The notes under the pieces: generated by a model
What the model was told of the DNA's origin: nothing
Databases searched by the model: none
What the model saw: only the letters and a program-made list of their open reading frames with translations
Shown: positions 25,039-39,616 of the stretch, piece after piece
How the letters are laid out: each line of letters starts with the position of its first letter
How positions within the stretch are numbered: position 1 is the first letter of the stretch
Assembly: GCF_009914755.1 (NCBI RefSeq)
Contig: NC_060940.1
DNA length: 64,000 nt
Reading direction: 5' to 3' (one strand)
Source of the DNA: the human T2T-CHM13v2.0 reference genome, Homo sapiens
Translations under genes and position numbers: made by a program

Positions 25039-25526
25039 GAGAGAGAGTTTTGCTCTTGTTGCCCAGGCTGGAGTGCAATGGTACGATCTCGGCTCACTGC
25101 AACCTCTGCCTCCTGGGTTCAAGTAATTTCCTGCCTCAGCCTCCCAAGTAGCTGGGATTACAGGCATGTGTCTCCACGCCCGGCTAATTTTGTTTTTTTA
25201 GTAGAGACGGGGTTTCTCCATTTTGGTCAGGCTGGTCTTGAACTCCTGATCTCAGATGATCCGCCCACCTTGGCCTCCCAGAGTGCTGGGATTACAGGTG
25301 TGAGCCACTGCGCCTGGCCTGCTCTTTTATAGTCAGAGTCCTCTGGCGAGAACAGATTGTGGGAGAGTGCGCTTGTGTGTATCCTTATCTGGTTGGATGC
25401 AGTCTTTATTTTTTTTATTTGTTTCTTAAGTGAAACATCTTATCCTCATTGGCAAAGGGCCCTATGAAATATAAAATGGAGTCTTTTTCTAAGATGGAGT
25501 TAGTTATGTCAAGGGTGCTCTGTACA
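24522..25526 (-). mobile_element. ERV1 solo LTR (MER89/MER90-like) interrupted by an Alu
   Basis: Minus-strand start tgtacagagcacccttgacataactaactccatcttag; TG..CA ends; 4-bp TSD gaca at 24518-24521 and 25527-25530. Confidence 0.7.
25011..25319 (-). mobile_element. AluSq/Sp-like
   Basis: ttgctcttgttgcccaggctggagtgcaatgg diagnostic; TSD tgctctttt on both sides. Confidence 0.93.
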
Positions 25527-25839
25527 GACACCAAACTGAGAAAAACCCTGGAATAAACAAGTAGAGCATTGATATTCACTGGGGTGGCCATTCAGCAGGA
25601 AAAATAAAATCTAGATAGCCCCATTATATACCAAAGATCCAGGGCTGAGTGGACAGGTCCTGCCTCAAGCCCTGCTCATGTCACTGTAACTCCATCAGCA
25701 CTGAGTCTAGGCCGTAGAGCACAGTAGACACTCCCCGGGTGTTTGCTGAGTACATGAACACCGAGCTGAAGGAGGGAGTGGAATTCAGAGCTAGATGGTT
25801 AGAAGGCTGGTCCAGATAATTTAGGTCCCTACAACTCAG

Positions 25840-26810
25840 CTCTTAATGCCTATATCCAAGTGCTTTCCTGACATCTCCACTTGAGTGTCAAATAAAGATC
25901 TCAGTGTTAGACATTCAAGTCAGGACTTCGATTTCTCTCCTGTCTTCCTCATCTCAGGAGTGGGCAAGACATCCAATCAACCAACTGCTCAAAGCCAAAA
26001 CCTAAGCGCCATCCCTGAATCCTCTCCTGAAATTTCTCCCCTACCACATGCACCAGCCGATCCCATTACCTCTACCTCCAAAATATACCCCATTCAACCA
26101 CTTCTCACCCTCTCTCTGCTCCCATCCTAATTCAAATGTCCATCACCCCTTGCCTGGGCTACAGCTGTAGCTTTACAGCCAGAGCTTTCTAACTGTCTTC
26201 TCTGCTTCTGCGCCTCCATGCTATCCCATTCCAGCAGTCCGTTACCCATGCAGCAACCAGAAAGAGCTTTACAAAACATAACTCAGGACAATTGTTTCCT
26301 AACACAATTCCTTTCTATAAAAACCCACATGTTCTTACATGATACTCATATTGATTAACTTTTTAACTGTCTCTTATCACTCTCCCTTCACTCACTACTT
26401 TCTCACCACACAGACATTCATTTTTATTCTTCCACCCAAAACTTCTTTCCACCTAAGGGTCTTTGTATTTGCAGTTTCCTCTGTCTGGAAGGCCTTTCCC
26501 CCAGATCTTCACACAGTGGCTCCTTCCTTTCATTTAATCTCAGCTAAAATACTACCTCCTCCTCACCACTTTTTTTTCTTTCAGAAATGCCATTCCAAGC
26601 TTTAGTAGCCCTTTTACAACTTTCCCTATAGCATCCTCACTATCTGATGTTTTCTTGTTTACTTGTTTGTTTGTCTATTTATTTTCCATTTCCTCCTACC
26701 AGAATGCAAGCTCCATGAGCTAGTCGATAGTGTTCACTGTCGTATCCCCAGGGCCTAGAACAATGCCTGGTGTTTACATAAATAAATGAATATTTATTGA
26801 ATGGATAGAG
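25840..26810 (+). mobile_element. L2 LINE relic including 3' end
   Basis: gacatctccacttgagtgtc...tagaacaatgcctgg...atatttattgaatg. Confidence 0.75.
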
Positions 26811-29354
26811 CCTAAAATATAGTTGTTCCAATCAAACATTAATATGGAGGCTGCATGGTCACATTTCTTATTCCTAAAGAAGCCAGGGCCGTTGTCTTTA
26901 TGAACGGAGCTTAACCTTGGCATCAGGGAATCATGTCACCTTCAAGAGGAAGCCATGGTGATGGGATAAGAAAAGAACTCTGCAAGAACAATCCTCTACC
27001 TGCTGCCCAACTTCTCTGTTCTTCTCAACCTTGTGTAGCTTCTCTGTGTCACAGATTTTGTTTTCATCCATGTTGCCACCCACCCCCTGGGACATTTGCT
27101 TTGGGTTTCCAAAACCCACGCCTCTAATTTGCTTTACCTGGACTACAGCCATAGCCATCACATTGTCTTCTCTGTTTCCACTCCTCCATGCCACCCCACC
27201 CCAATAGTCCATTACCTATGCAGATCTGCAAAGCTGGACCAGACTTGAAGAAGCCTAACTTGCAAAAATAGCCAGAAATTTGAGCTTTCATCAGAGAAGA
27301 TAAAACTTGTTGTATTGATTGGGGTAAAGGTAGGAGGGGTAAAAGGGAGCGAGAAGCAGCCAGAAGCTCCCATTTCTATATGATTATAATGAACTCAGAG
27401 GTTTAGCTTCTCAATTTCATTACACTGGGGAAGAAAGAAAGAGCCAACCTAACCCCACCTTCACAGTCTAACACAGCTGCAGGTAATATCTCTAGCTTTC
27501 CAAATCTTTTTTTTTTTTTTTAACAATTTTCCTTATTAAACTTGCACTAGGTGAATCTCCATTGGCCTATTGATTTGAGTATTAGACTGTGTATCAAAGA
27601 TATGAAAATACAAATTGTTGTTTCAGAGAGAAATGACTGTCTTTATATTGTTTCTGTCTCTAGGGTTCTGAATATTCCCTGGAGTTTCCAGGCTGAATGG
27701 AATTAAAACAAGGGCATCTTCTTGGCAAATGTGGAGTAGATTCTCTGGATAGATCCTGAACGACTTCCTGGTGCTGTTGCTGAGGGGCCAGTAGCAGGAC
27801 AGATTTTTCTATTTACTTTTTTTTAAACCACAGGTTTTCATTAGAGAGGGATCTGCATTGATACAGATCCTGTGTATATCGTTTCAGCATTTAAATCTTG
27901 GCAGTAGCCTCTGTGTAGGACCCTGTCCATGGCTGTGTGTGTCAGAGTCCTGGTACCTTTGATTATCTTTAGCCAAAGTGAAATTAACTCCCGAGCGATG
28001 GCAGAGTGAGGGGAAGAGGGACATGGAGATCTTGATGGAGGGAGAAGGGGAAGAAGGTGCAGTTAGCTATTGGGCTTTTTGCTCATTCTTAGAAGCAGGT
28101 GAAAGTAATCTCAGGCAGAGTTGGAATTGTGGTTCAGTCCATGGGTCTTTCAGGAAGCAGCGGTTCATGACGCTTGTGACATTCCTTCTTCTGCATTGGC
28201 ACTGATTTACACTGGCCCATTGTATATGGCTTTGCAGATTATGACCTGAAGTAAGATGGCTGGCTGATGTGCTGTGGGACTGAAATGCTGCTGATGCTCT
28301 ACTTGCAATCCCACCTTTCACACCCAGTTTGGTTTCATTCCATGTCTGCAAAGTACCCTCAACTTGGATGCTCCTCACCTTCTTCACGTCAATTTTAATT
28401 CTTTCAAGTGCTTTTTGTTTTTTCATTTTAAACACTATTTTTCATCTCTAGAAGTTCAATTTGGGTCTTGATATTTCCCCAATTTCTTCTTTTTATTCTT
28501 ATGCTTTCTGTTACCTTCTTGAACATATGCAGTACATTTATAATAGCTCTATTAATGTCCTCTTCCACCACTTATATTCATCTGTGTTATTTCTGGGTCT
28601 GTTTTTACTGTTTTTTTTTTTGGGTGGGGGGTGTTGTATTTTCCTGATGCTTTCTTTGTCTGGTAATTTTTGACTGAGTATAAGACATTGTGAGTTTTAC
28701 ATTGTTTTGAGCTGGATTTTTTTGTATTCCTTTAAGTGTTTGTGAGCTTTGTTTAAAATTTATGTAAGTTACTTGAAAATTGTTTGATCCCATTAAGACT
28801 TGCTTCAAAAAGCTTTGTTAGCTCGTATCAGACTAGTCTTTAGAGCTAGTTTGGTTTTATTAGAGAGGCAATTCCTTTCTGAGTACTCTCTCTGATGTAC
28901 TATGTAGTATGAGGCTTCTCCATGCTGGCTGTTGGGAATGCGAATCATTCCAAACTCTATTTGAGCTCTAGCAATTGTTCTGCCTGCTCATGTCCAGTGG
29001 ATCTTTCCCCAGCCATGAACAGCCCCCTCACATGCATATGCAGTTCAGTACTCTGCAGAACACTAGAGGGGGAATCACCGGAGTCCTCTTTCTGTGCAGA
29101 TCTCTCTTCTGTGGTACTCTGCCCTGCAAACTCTAGCTCCCTTGCCTTCCCCAAACTTCCAGTTCTATCTCTTCAACTCAGAGAGACCACTGAGCTCTGC
29201 CTGGAATGGTCGGTCTTCCCTGCACTGCAGCCTGAAAACCCTTTCCAGGCAATAAGCTGACAGAATTGAAGGGCTCACTTCATTTGTTTCTTTATCAGGA
29301 ATCTTGCACTGCCTGTAGCCCAATGTCTGAAAATTGTTGTTCCACATTAAAAAA

Positions 29355-29868
29355 ATTTTTTATTGTGGTAAAATATACATATACAGAAAATTTCCATAAA
29401 TAGCGTAAAATTCACTATTTTAACCACTTTTAAGTATACAGTTCAGTGATATTAAATACATTTATTATGCCATGGAACCATCACCATATCCTGAGTCCAT
29501 AATGATTTTCACCTTGGAAAACTGAAATTCTGTACCTGTTAAATACTACTCTCCCTTTTCCCTCACCCCCCAGCTCCTGGCACCATGGTTCTACTTTCTG
29601 TCTCTATGAATTTGACTACTCTAACTACCTCATATAAGTGGAATTATACAGTACGTGTCTTTTTGTGACTGGCTTATTTCACTTAGCATAATGTCCTGAA
29701 GCTTCAGCCATGTTATAGCATGTCAGAATTTCCTTTCTTTTAAAGATGGGCAATATTCCATTGAATATATGTACCACATTTTGCTTATCCAGTCGTCTGT
29801 TGATGGACACTTGGGTTGCTTCCATGTTTTAGCTATTGTAAATAATGATATTGTGAACAAGGGCATAC
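29355..29868 (-). mobile_element. L1MB 3' fragment nested in an older L1M (about 28430-29960)
   Basis: tttattgtggtaaaatatacat...aagtatacagttcagtg...ggcttatttcacttagcataatg; ttgttcca repeated at both flanks. Confidence 0.8.
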
Positions 29869-30115
29869 AAATTGTTCCATATATTTTGTCTGGTTTCTTA
29901 GTTGTTTAAGGTGGGAAGATGAATCTGTTACTTTATTTTGGTCAGAAGTTAAGGTGCCTCATGTCAATTTATATAATGATTTTCTCTCATTCAAAAATAT
30001 ATTGCTTTTAACAATTCAAATCACTTTTTGTTTCTGTTTGTTTGTTTGTTGTTTGCCTGCTTGCTTTTACAACAGTCAGCTGGCTTCAGTGGAACAGATA
30101 TTAATAGTCGCCTGA

Positions 30116-30413
30116 TTTTTTTTTTTTTTTTGAGTTAGAGCCTCACTCTGTCGTGCAGGCTGGAGTGCAGTGGTGTGGTGTCAACTCACTGCAACCTCTG
30201 TCTCCTGGCTTCAAACAACTCTCTTGCCTCAGCCTCCCGAGTAGCTGGGACTACAGGCATGTGTTATCATGCCTGGCTAATTTTTGCATTTTTAGTAGAG
30301 ACAGGGTTTCACTATGTTGGCTAGGCTGGTCTCGAACTCTTGATCTCAAGTAATCTGCCCCTTTTGGCCTCCCAGAGTGGTGGGATTACAGGTATAAGCC
30401 ACTGTACCTGGCC
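30116..30413 (-). mobile_element. AluS (Sz/Sx-like)
   Basis: poly(T) plus antisense full dimer. Confidence 0.93.
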
Positions 30414-30804
30414 AATTAATATCCCAATTTTAAAAATAGAAGAACTGAGGGTTCTAGATGCCTACCCAACAAGATCATGCAGCTGGTGAGTTATAGTGAC
30501 AGAAGCCCAAACCCAAGCCACATGCCATGTTCTTGCCCAACTAAACCACTGTGCATGTCTTTACTTCCTCAGATCTCACCACTCAGCTCCTCAGAGATCC
30601 ATCCCTGACTACCCAGATAACCAGTGCATTAGTCATTCTTGCGATTTTTGAGATTGAAAATATTTTCCCAATTCTTTCACAGGGGATCAACAAATATTTG
30701 TCGAATGAGCAGAAAAGACAAATTCCCAGGAACAAAACCTCTTTGATCTAGGGTTCAAGACAGGGTTTTCTTGGACACGTGAGCTGGCCTTCATGCTGCC
30801 CTAT

Positions 30805-31340
30805 TTGTGCCATTAGGACTCATTCAGTCGCAAGTGACAGAAAACCCAGCTTAAATTGGGTTAAGCAAAAAAGAGTATTGTCTTACCAAGTTATGTCAGC
30901 TTCAGACATGGCTAGCTCCAGCCACTCAAATGCTCCTTGATCATATCCCAGTTTGGATCTCCTCTGTATTGGCCTCACCCTGGGACAGGTTGTCCTCATG
31001 AGGTACCAAATTGTCTGCAGGCAGCCATGGGCCCATGTCTGTAAAGATAGCTTCTAGTCCCAATAGTTCCATCTAAGTTTCAAATCTTTCCCTTATTGGA
31101 CCAGCTGGGATCACTTCTTTACTCCTGAACCAATCACCGTGGCCAGGGAGATGGAATGTGAAGATTGGGTAAGCCCAGGTTAAGTGCCCACCTGTGAAAC
31201 AAATGGGGATAGGTGTCAGCCACACCCTAACCACACAGAGGAAGAGTAAGGAACAGGTCCTTCTTCAGAGGACAGCTGAGTAGCCATTGCTAGAACAAGA
31301 GAAGAATGAATTTGGGCAAGCAGAAACAACAGATATCCAC
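30805..31340 (-). mobile_element. MLT1K/L-like LTR relic
   Basis: gcaagtgacagaaaacccagcttaaa...ctcctgaaccaatcaccgtggccaggg...gcagaaacaacagatatccact. Confidence 0.55.
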
Positions 31341-33963
31341 TGAGTTACCTTAGATTGTGTGTGTGTTTGGGTGAGGGTGTGGGTGGATAGCCATTACCTA
31401 AGACTTCCTCTGATAAGGACTTCCTTCCAAGTACTTCTAGAGTCATGTGGCCAAGTGGAGACTCTTGAGGCTCTCAGAAGGGAAACCACCTAGAGGAGAA
31501 AACACATCCCAAGAGGGTCTGCTGTCCATTTCTGGGCACCTGGTTGCCCACAGATAGGAATGAGTCAGATGACCCACGGACCAGCCAAGATTTCATGTGT
31601 CTTATCACCAGTCATAGAGGCTATAGCTCAGGGTTAACTGAGGCTACAGTATGCTCAAGGAGTTCATTTATTCATCATGCATGTGCTGAGAGTCTGCCAC
31701 ATGCCAGGCACCATGCTAAGGGCTGTGTTGGATAGGACCTGTTCAAGCTGGACAGTGAAGCCATCTGAAGAACAAGATTGAGCAGGGGGCTTAAGGAGCA
31801 CATCTCCATGAGGCTTGAAGTTCTGGCTCAGAGAGGAAATGGCAGGCTGCCACTTCCTTCCACTTCAGGATTTTGAGGACAAGACATGAGCCTTCTCAGG
31901 CCCTAGGACCAAACTGTAGACCTAGCAGCAAGTCCAAGATATGCAATAATGTGGTTCAGACCTTGGGTGTTTGGGAGTTTGGGTAGCTCCCTTCTTTCTG
32001 TGAGATGGGCGATGCTAAATCCCAGGTGATTAGAAAAGCAGAAATGACCCTGGTTCTAGTCTCAATGCTTTCTGGCCTTGTAGCTCTGAGAATGTCCTCC
32101 CCACCACCTATCTATACTTACAGGTCCAGCTCATGAAACCTCGTCCAGAATGCTTCTTGGGACCCCCCAGTTATGTTCTCTTCTCCTTATTCCCACGGAA
32201 CTCTGGCTTCCTTCATGGCTTATTCTGAAGTCCTTGCTATAGTATTGGTGATAATGAGAGTACTAATGATTGATGATGATGACGATGGTGATGATTATGA
32301 TAAAAACGATACAGATAGCATTTACCAAGTATGCACTATCTGCCAGGAATTTTACACGTGTTATCCCATTCAATCCTCACTGCACCACTGAGATAGGCAC
32401 TGTTGTTATTCTCACTTCACCGAGAAGAAAACTGAGACACAAAAACACAGAGTCTTTGTTGCTTGCTAAAGAAATGTGGCTGATGTCTATGTCTGGTTCC
32501 TGGCTGCTCATAGGTTGGGCCAAGCTGGGATTCTGAACCTAAACTTTCTGATTCCAGAACCTTGCTTTTAACCTCATTGTGCTACATCTATTGTTGGTGC
32601 CCGTCCTCCCAAATAGCCCATGTTCCTGAGGGAAAGATTCCAGTCTTGCTTATCTCTCTCCATTCCCACAGTGCCTAGGATGCTGTTCACACCTAGTAGA
32701 TATTTGACAAACTATCCCAGAAAGGAGTGCCAAGAGCAGGAACCTCTACTCTGAGATAGAGATGGAGTTGTTTACATCAAATCTTCTTCTCTGCCAGGCT
32801 CATCTTTTTTTTGCATAGACACTAATAGCTCATGTAAACAATATTAATCTTTTGGAACAGCCAGCTCCCTCAGCGGAAGGACTGCAAGGATCTTAGTGCA
32901 GGATCTATGTGTATGTGAGAGTTGGATGCCGCATCTTGCCTTGCCATGGCCCTTCTGCAGTCTCATCCATTTATCATCCATGGAACTGATGGTTTGTCTC
33001 TGTTAGAAACATGTCTCTGTTTTCAGTATCATGGCCATGGGGAAAGGTATTGGAAGGTTTTTGCTGGGACCAACTGGTCCATGCTGTGTACTGAGGATGT
33101 CAGTGTAAGTTCACAGGCCTGCTTCATGAAAGGTTAGGCCATGGGTTAGTGACAGAAACCCAGTGCAAGCTGGCTCAAGTGCACAGGATGCACTGTCTTA
33201 TGTAACTGGAGACCATGGCCTCCAGAGGCTCAGGTGAGGTTGCTTTCTTCCTCTGTTCCTCTCTCTCATTTCATGGATTCTCTTCATATTGGCCCCCATC
33301 GCTTCTACCACTGATGGACTCTGTCCCTGCATGCAGGGAGAGTAGGCATTACCTTGCCCAGATCCAGGCTTGCATCATCTAACTCAGCAACATCAAAAGA
33401 AAGAGTGTTTCTCCAGCCACATGGGAGGCAAAAATCCACGATGGACTCTGATTGATCCAGCTCTGGCCTTTAGGCCAATCCTGGGCCAGAGATTGCTGCC
33501 TATGGGGAGGCAGACTATGATTAGCCAGGCCCGTGTTTATGTCCTTTCCTTGCACCACTGGGCAGGGCAGTGGGATTGGCAGCCACTCCACAAACATGTG
33601 GCATGGGAAGGGGGAATTCAGCAGCAGAAGCAGTTTGCTCTTGCAGGATGGAAGGGTTGTTAGGCAGATAAAAACAACTGCTATCCTTTGCACACTAAAA
33701 GGGCCAGTGAAGAATCTGGATGGGCCACAATGCTGGTGGTCCTAGCAGATGGGACATCAGAACTGGGGTCTGAGCCTGGGTTGCTGGAGCCTTCAGGTGG
33801 GGATGTTTTACAGCTGCCCTAGGCCCCCTATTGCCTTTTTAGCAGGAGGACCTCTGGTCTTCCCAATCCCACACACCCATTCTGGCCTACCATTCAATTT
33901 ATAGAAGACCCTGCCAGTCTCTTACCAGGACTTCAGTATGAGAAGAAAGTTACTGAATTTAAG

Positions 33964-34127
33964 ATTTTTTTTTAAAATCAAAATGATTATTGAGGTAATT
34001 GTAGATTCACATGCATTTGTCAGAAATAATTCAGAGTGATTACTTATACACTTCGCCCAGTTTCTCCCAATGAAAACATTTTGCAAAATTATAACAATAT
34101 CACAAGGAGGATATTGGCATTTACACA
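33964..34127 (-). mobile_element. L1MC 3' end fragment
   Basis: ttgtagattcacatgca...cagaaataat...cccagtttctcccaatg...ttgcaaaattata. Confidence 0.7.
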
Positions 34128-35064
34128 AAAATAAAATGAAAGTTCCAGAAGTTTGCCTGCCTTGAGGAAAGGGTCCAAGCCCTGGTGTTGACTTTCACTT
34201 GCAAATTTCTTAACCATGGCCTTGAGCTCTTTAATAAGCTGATCCCTACCTACATTCTCCACATTGGAATTTGGCTCGTTTTTAACTTTGAATTGAGTTT
34301 TCCGGTAATGTTTATGTCTTGGTCATCATGGTGAAATCACTTCGCCTTTAGGTTCTTATTTCTCATATGGAAAGGAGGTTAAAAAAGCACACTTGGAAAA
34401 AGGGCAAACAGGGCCAAGTCCTCACTGGATTAACCCACCCTGACATCCCAGTTGTCCTTCTACCCATAGGTGACATTCAAAATATGTAACATCCTATATG
34501 GCAAAAGGCACCATGGAATTAGAACAAATGCCAGTTATATAAACCAGGCCCTGCTCTGCCAGGTGTGAACCCTTCAATTTTCAAGCTGTAGGGAGATCTG
34601 AGACTCTCAGAAGATGGCCCAGGGCAGTGGAGGTTGCAGAGGAGTTTTGGGGGGAGCTCAAGGTAGTAGCTATTTTAAAAAGAGCCTGGACTTATTTTAG
34701 TATCTTAACAACCAATACAGCTCCACTAGTGAATGCCAACTAAATGCCTCTGCTTCTTCCCTTACCCCAGCACCCTTGATTGCTGAATTATCACATCGTT
34801 CATGTCAGGGGCCGTATATCTGTCTTGGTTACTACTGTACCTAGTGTCTAGCACCATGAGTAGGTGCTCAGTAAATATTTATTGAATTGGTATATGCATG
34901 GTATGTCCTGCCTATGTCCGGGAAACTGTAATACCTCTGATCACTTCAAGCAATAATGATTTTTCTCCTTTCTCTGACCTCTTATGTAGGCTAGACAAAT
35001 GCACAAACAATAAGGAAAAACAAAGACTAGGATATAGCAACGTTTCAGTCCTGGAAGGCCAGCC

Positions 35065-35180
35065 TTCCCTCCCCTCCCCTCCCCCTCTTCTCCCCTCCCC
35101 TCCCTCCCTGCCTCCCTTCCTTCCTTCCTCCCTTCTTTCCTTCCTCCCTTTTCCTTCCTTTTCTCATCTTTCCTCATCTT
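35065..35180. repeat. CT-rich low-complexity tract
   Basis: (cttc/cctc)n-like homopyrimidine run. Confidence 0.85.
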
Positions 35181-36710
35181 AGAAAACATGCATTTTTCTA
35201 AGCAGTGGAGATGGAACAGTAGACTAGACAAAGAGGATAACAGCTCATGTGGAGCTTCCACTCTGGAAACATAGAGCAAACGAGAATGAGCAGGAGCTAC
35301 CAGGAAGGCTGCATGGATGAAGTAGGCTTACAAAATGAGTGAGATTTGGGTATCAAGAACAAAGTCTAAGGGGGCAAGCAAGTAGAGGCAATAATTGGAG
35401 GAGTAGGATGGGGTTAGCGGCAAACGTGTGGGAGGAAGACCATGTCAGCTGAACTGGCTGGGAGCAGTTTTGCCTTGGGAAGCAGTGAGCCATTGAAGAG
35501 AGAGAGAGATACACGCATGAAACCATGGTCCTGGATTGTCAAGAGTCACAGTGCCCGGAGGAGATAGCATGTGAGCAATTGTCAGGTGGTTCGATCTGTA
35601 CTCTAGCAGGACTGAGCACAGGGGAATGCTGATGCGGGTGTGGGGCAGAGGAGGAGCAGAGCCACAGAGCTGGAAGGGGAGGGTGCTCTCTGATGGCCAT
35701 GGACCTTCGATGCCCTGAGGAGGAAGCAAATAATCCCTCAAAGGTTTGTGAGTAGGGGAGTGGCAAGACCAGGGTGATACCTCACAAAGAGAATTTGGGG
35801 GGTTGTGTGAGGAATGACTGGGAAGGACAGAGTAGTTGGACAAGGCGATCACACCCAAGATGGTAGGTCATTCAGGAGAGAGATGGCGACAGCCAATGAC
35901 TGATGGGTGAGGAGGTGGGGCAGGTTACAGAGGCAGTCAGAAGCCACAACAGGTTGTTCATTGTATGCAGGAGATGAGCAAGGGGAGAAGTTTGAAATGA
36001 GTGCAGTTTCCAGCTTGAGGGATGAAGCGAATCAGGATGCCATAAACCAGGATTGAGGACACTGCATGCGCTGCCCATGTTGCACAGTGCAGGCATGGCA
36101 AGGGGTGGCGTGGAGAGGAGGAAGAGGAGAGCTGCGTTTCAGACACATGGATTTAGAAGTGCCCTGCAGACCTGCTGGTGGAAGGTTCCAGGATATCTTC
36201 TAAGTGGACGAAACAGACAGACAGGACAGGGCATTCAGAGCCACAGAATGAATGCAGGAAAGATAACCACAGCTTCTTCCCTTCAGGACACCAAGAGGTG
36301 AAGTGGGGAAGATGCCATCCAAGCAGTTTTAGAATGTGGTTATGGGCTTCGCCAATATTCTGCTTTGCGATGCTATGACCTCTACCTGGGGTCCTGGAGT
36401 GAAGTCTTCCTCCTAGAGACTGTCTCCAGAAAAACATGCATTTTATATCTGCCTCTTCCTGACATCCCCAACCTCCTGGCACCAATTAATGTATCAGTGG
36501 GCCTCAGAAATTTTCACCCAAGATGTTGCTTCTGCTGGGAACATCTGGCAACATCTTTAATTTTATTTGGTTTCTTCCTTTTTTTTCTTGAGGAACATCC
36601 TGAAGGGAGCAGATGGCAATGTGAAAGGGCAGATCAATGCTGAGGAAAGTGGCCCTCTTTGCCCTTGGATTCTCAGAGGCGCATTCTCTGTTCCTGAGAG
36701 TGGCTATTAG

Positions 36711-36998
<288 letters not shown>

Positions 36999-37711
36999 TA
37001 ACATAATCATGGGAATAATGTCTACCACCTTTCCCATATTCTACTGATTAGAAGCAAGTCACAGGTCCCACATGCACTTCAAGGGGAGGGAATTACACAA
37101 AGGCATGGGCACCAGGAGGCAGAGGTAATTAGGAGCCACCTTAACGTCTCTCCACCATAGCCATGGAATAGTTGTACTCTGACATCTTTTTTTTTCCACT
37201 TCTTAAGCTCTTAAGGCTAATTATTTGTGTGTCCCAAATATCTCTGGGGAGTCAGTGCTTGTTTGACTTGTTTACAGCTATATTTCCAGACTTTAGTGCA
37301 GAGCCAGGCCCACTGCAGACGCTCCAGAAATGCATACATTTATGCAGCAAATATTTATTGAATGACAACCATGTTCTAGGCACTGTTCTGGGCACTGGGG
37401 ATTTAACAGCAAACAAAATGAACAAAAATGTGTGCCATCACACAGCCCATATTCTAGTCATTTTGTTGATTGGTTGGTTGACAATCAAATTTTCTATTGC
37501 TGCCATATGCCAAGCAGTGTTCTAGGTGCTGGGGATATAACACAGTGGTGAGCAGTCCAACATGCTCCTGACTCCAGGGTCTTGCATTTCAATGGTGATA
37601 CAACATCTCATCAGATCTGCCCAACAGTTAGGAATCTTTGTTTACAAGCTACAGAAATGGGTGTGGGTTACTTTGGGCAAAGAGTAACTTATTAATATTA
37701 GAAAACTACTA

Positions 37712-39040
<1,329 letters not shown>

Positions 39041-39616
39041 AGAAGACTATTAGGGTATAGTGGCAGAGGGGAGAGAATTCAGGAGACACTGTTGGTTGTC
39101 TAATGCCTAAACTATCTCTCTCATTGCCTTTTTCCTTGATAGTAAAGCCCTGATTATATGCATGTGTTCATAGAATTAATCAATCTTTATACTGCTAAAC
39201 CTTTGAGCTTCCAGTCCTGTGAGATAATACAATCTCCATATTATTTTCAGAAAGCTGTTATTTGCAACCACACACAGCCTAACTGATGAGAAGTGTTGGC
39301 ATGAGGTTTAGAAATAGGCAGAGACCATGAAAGTTTGGGATGACTGAGGTGCAGAATGCAGAAAGCACAGCATTCTTATGACCCAAATTAGTTACTCTTC
39401 CACCCAGAACACCCGAAATGGGAAAGCAAGGTTTTTGTAATTAAAAATACAGTTGTAATTAAGAGAGAAAATTGCTTCTGGGAGACAAAATTGAACAGCT
39501 ATGGATTATACTCTGTAAAGTAAAGTTGTGATGGACCAGCACTTGCTAAGAGTGACACCTGGCCTCTTTGGAGACTGTGTAGTGTGGTGGGAAGAAGCCT
39601 GGATCAAGAGGCTTAA

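Noticed and set aside
27640-27840. Two acceptor-like sites (tctctag, accacag)
   Set aside because: No convincing paired donor; such motifs occur often by chance
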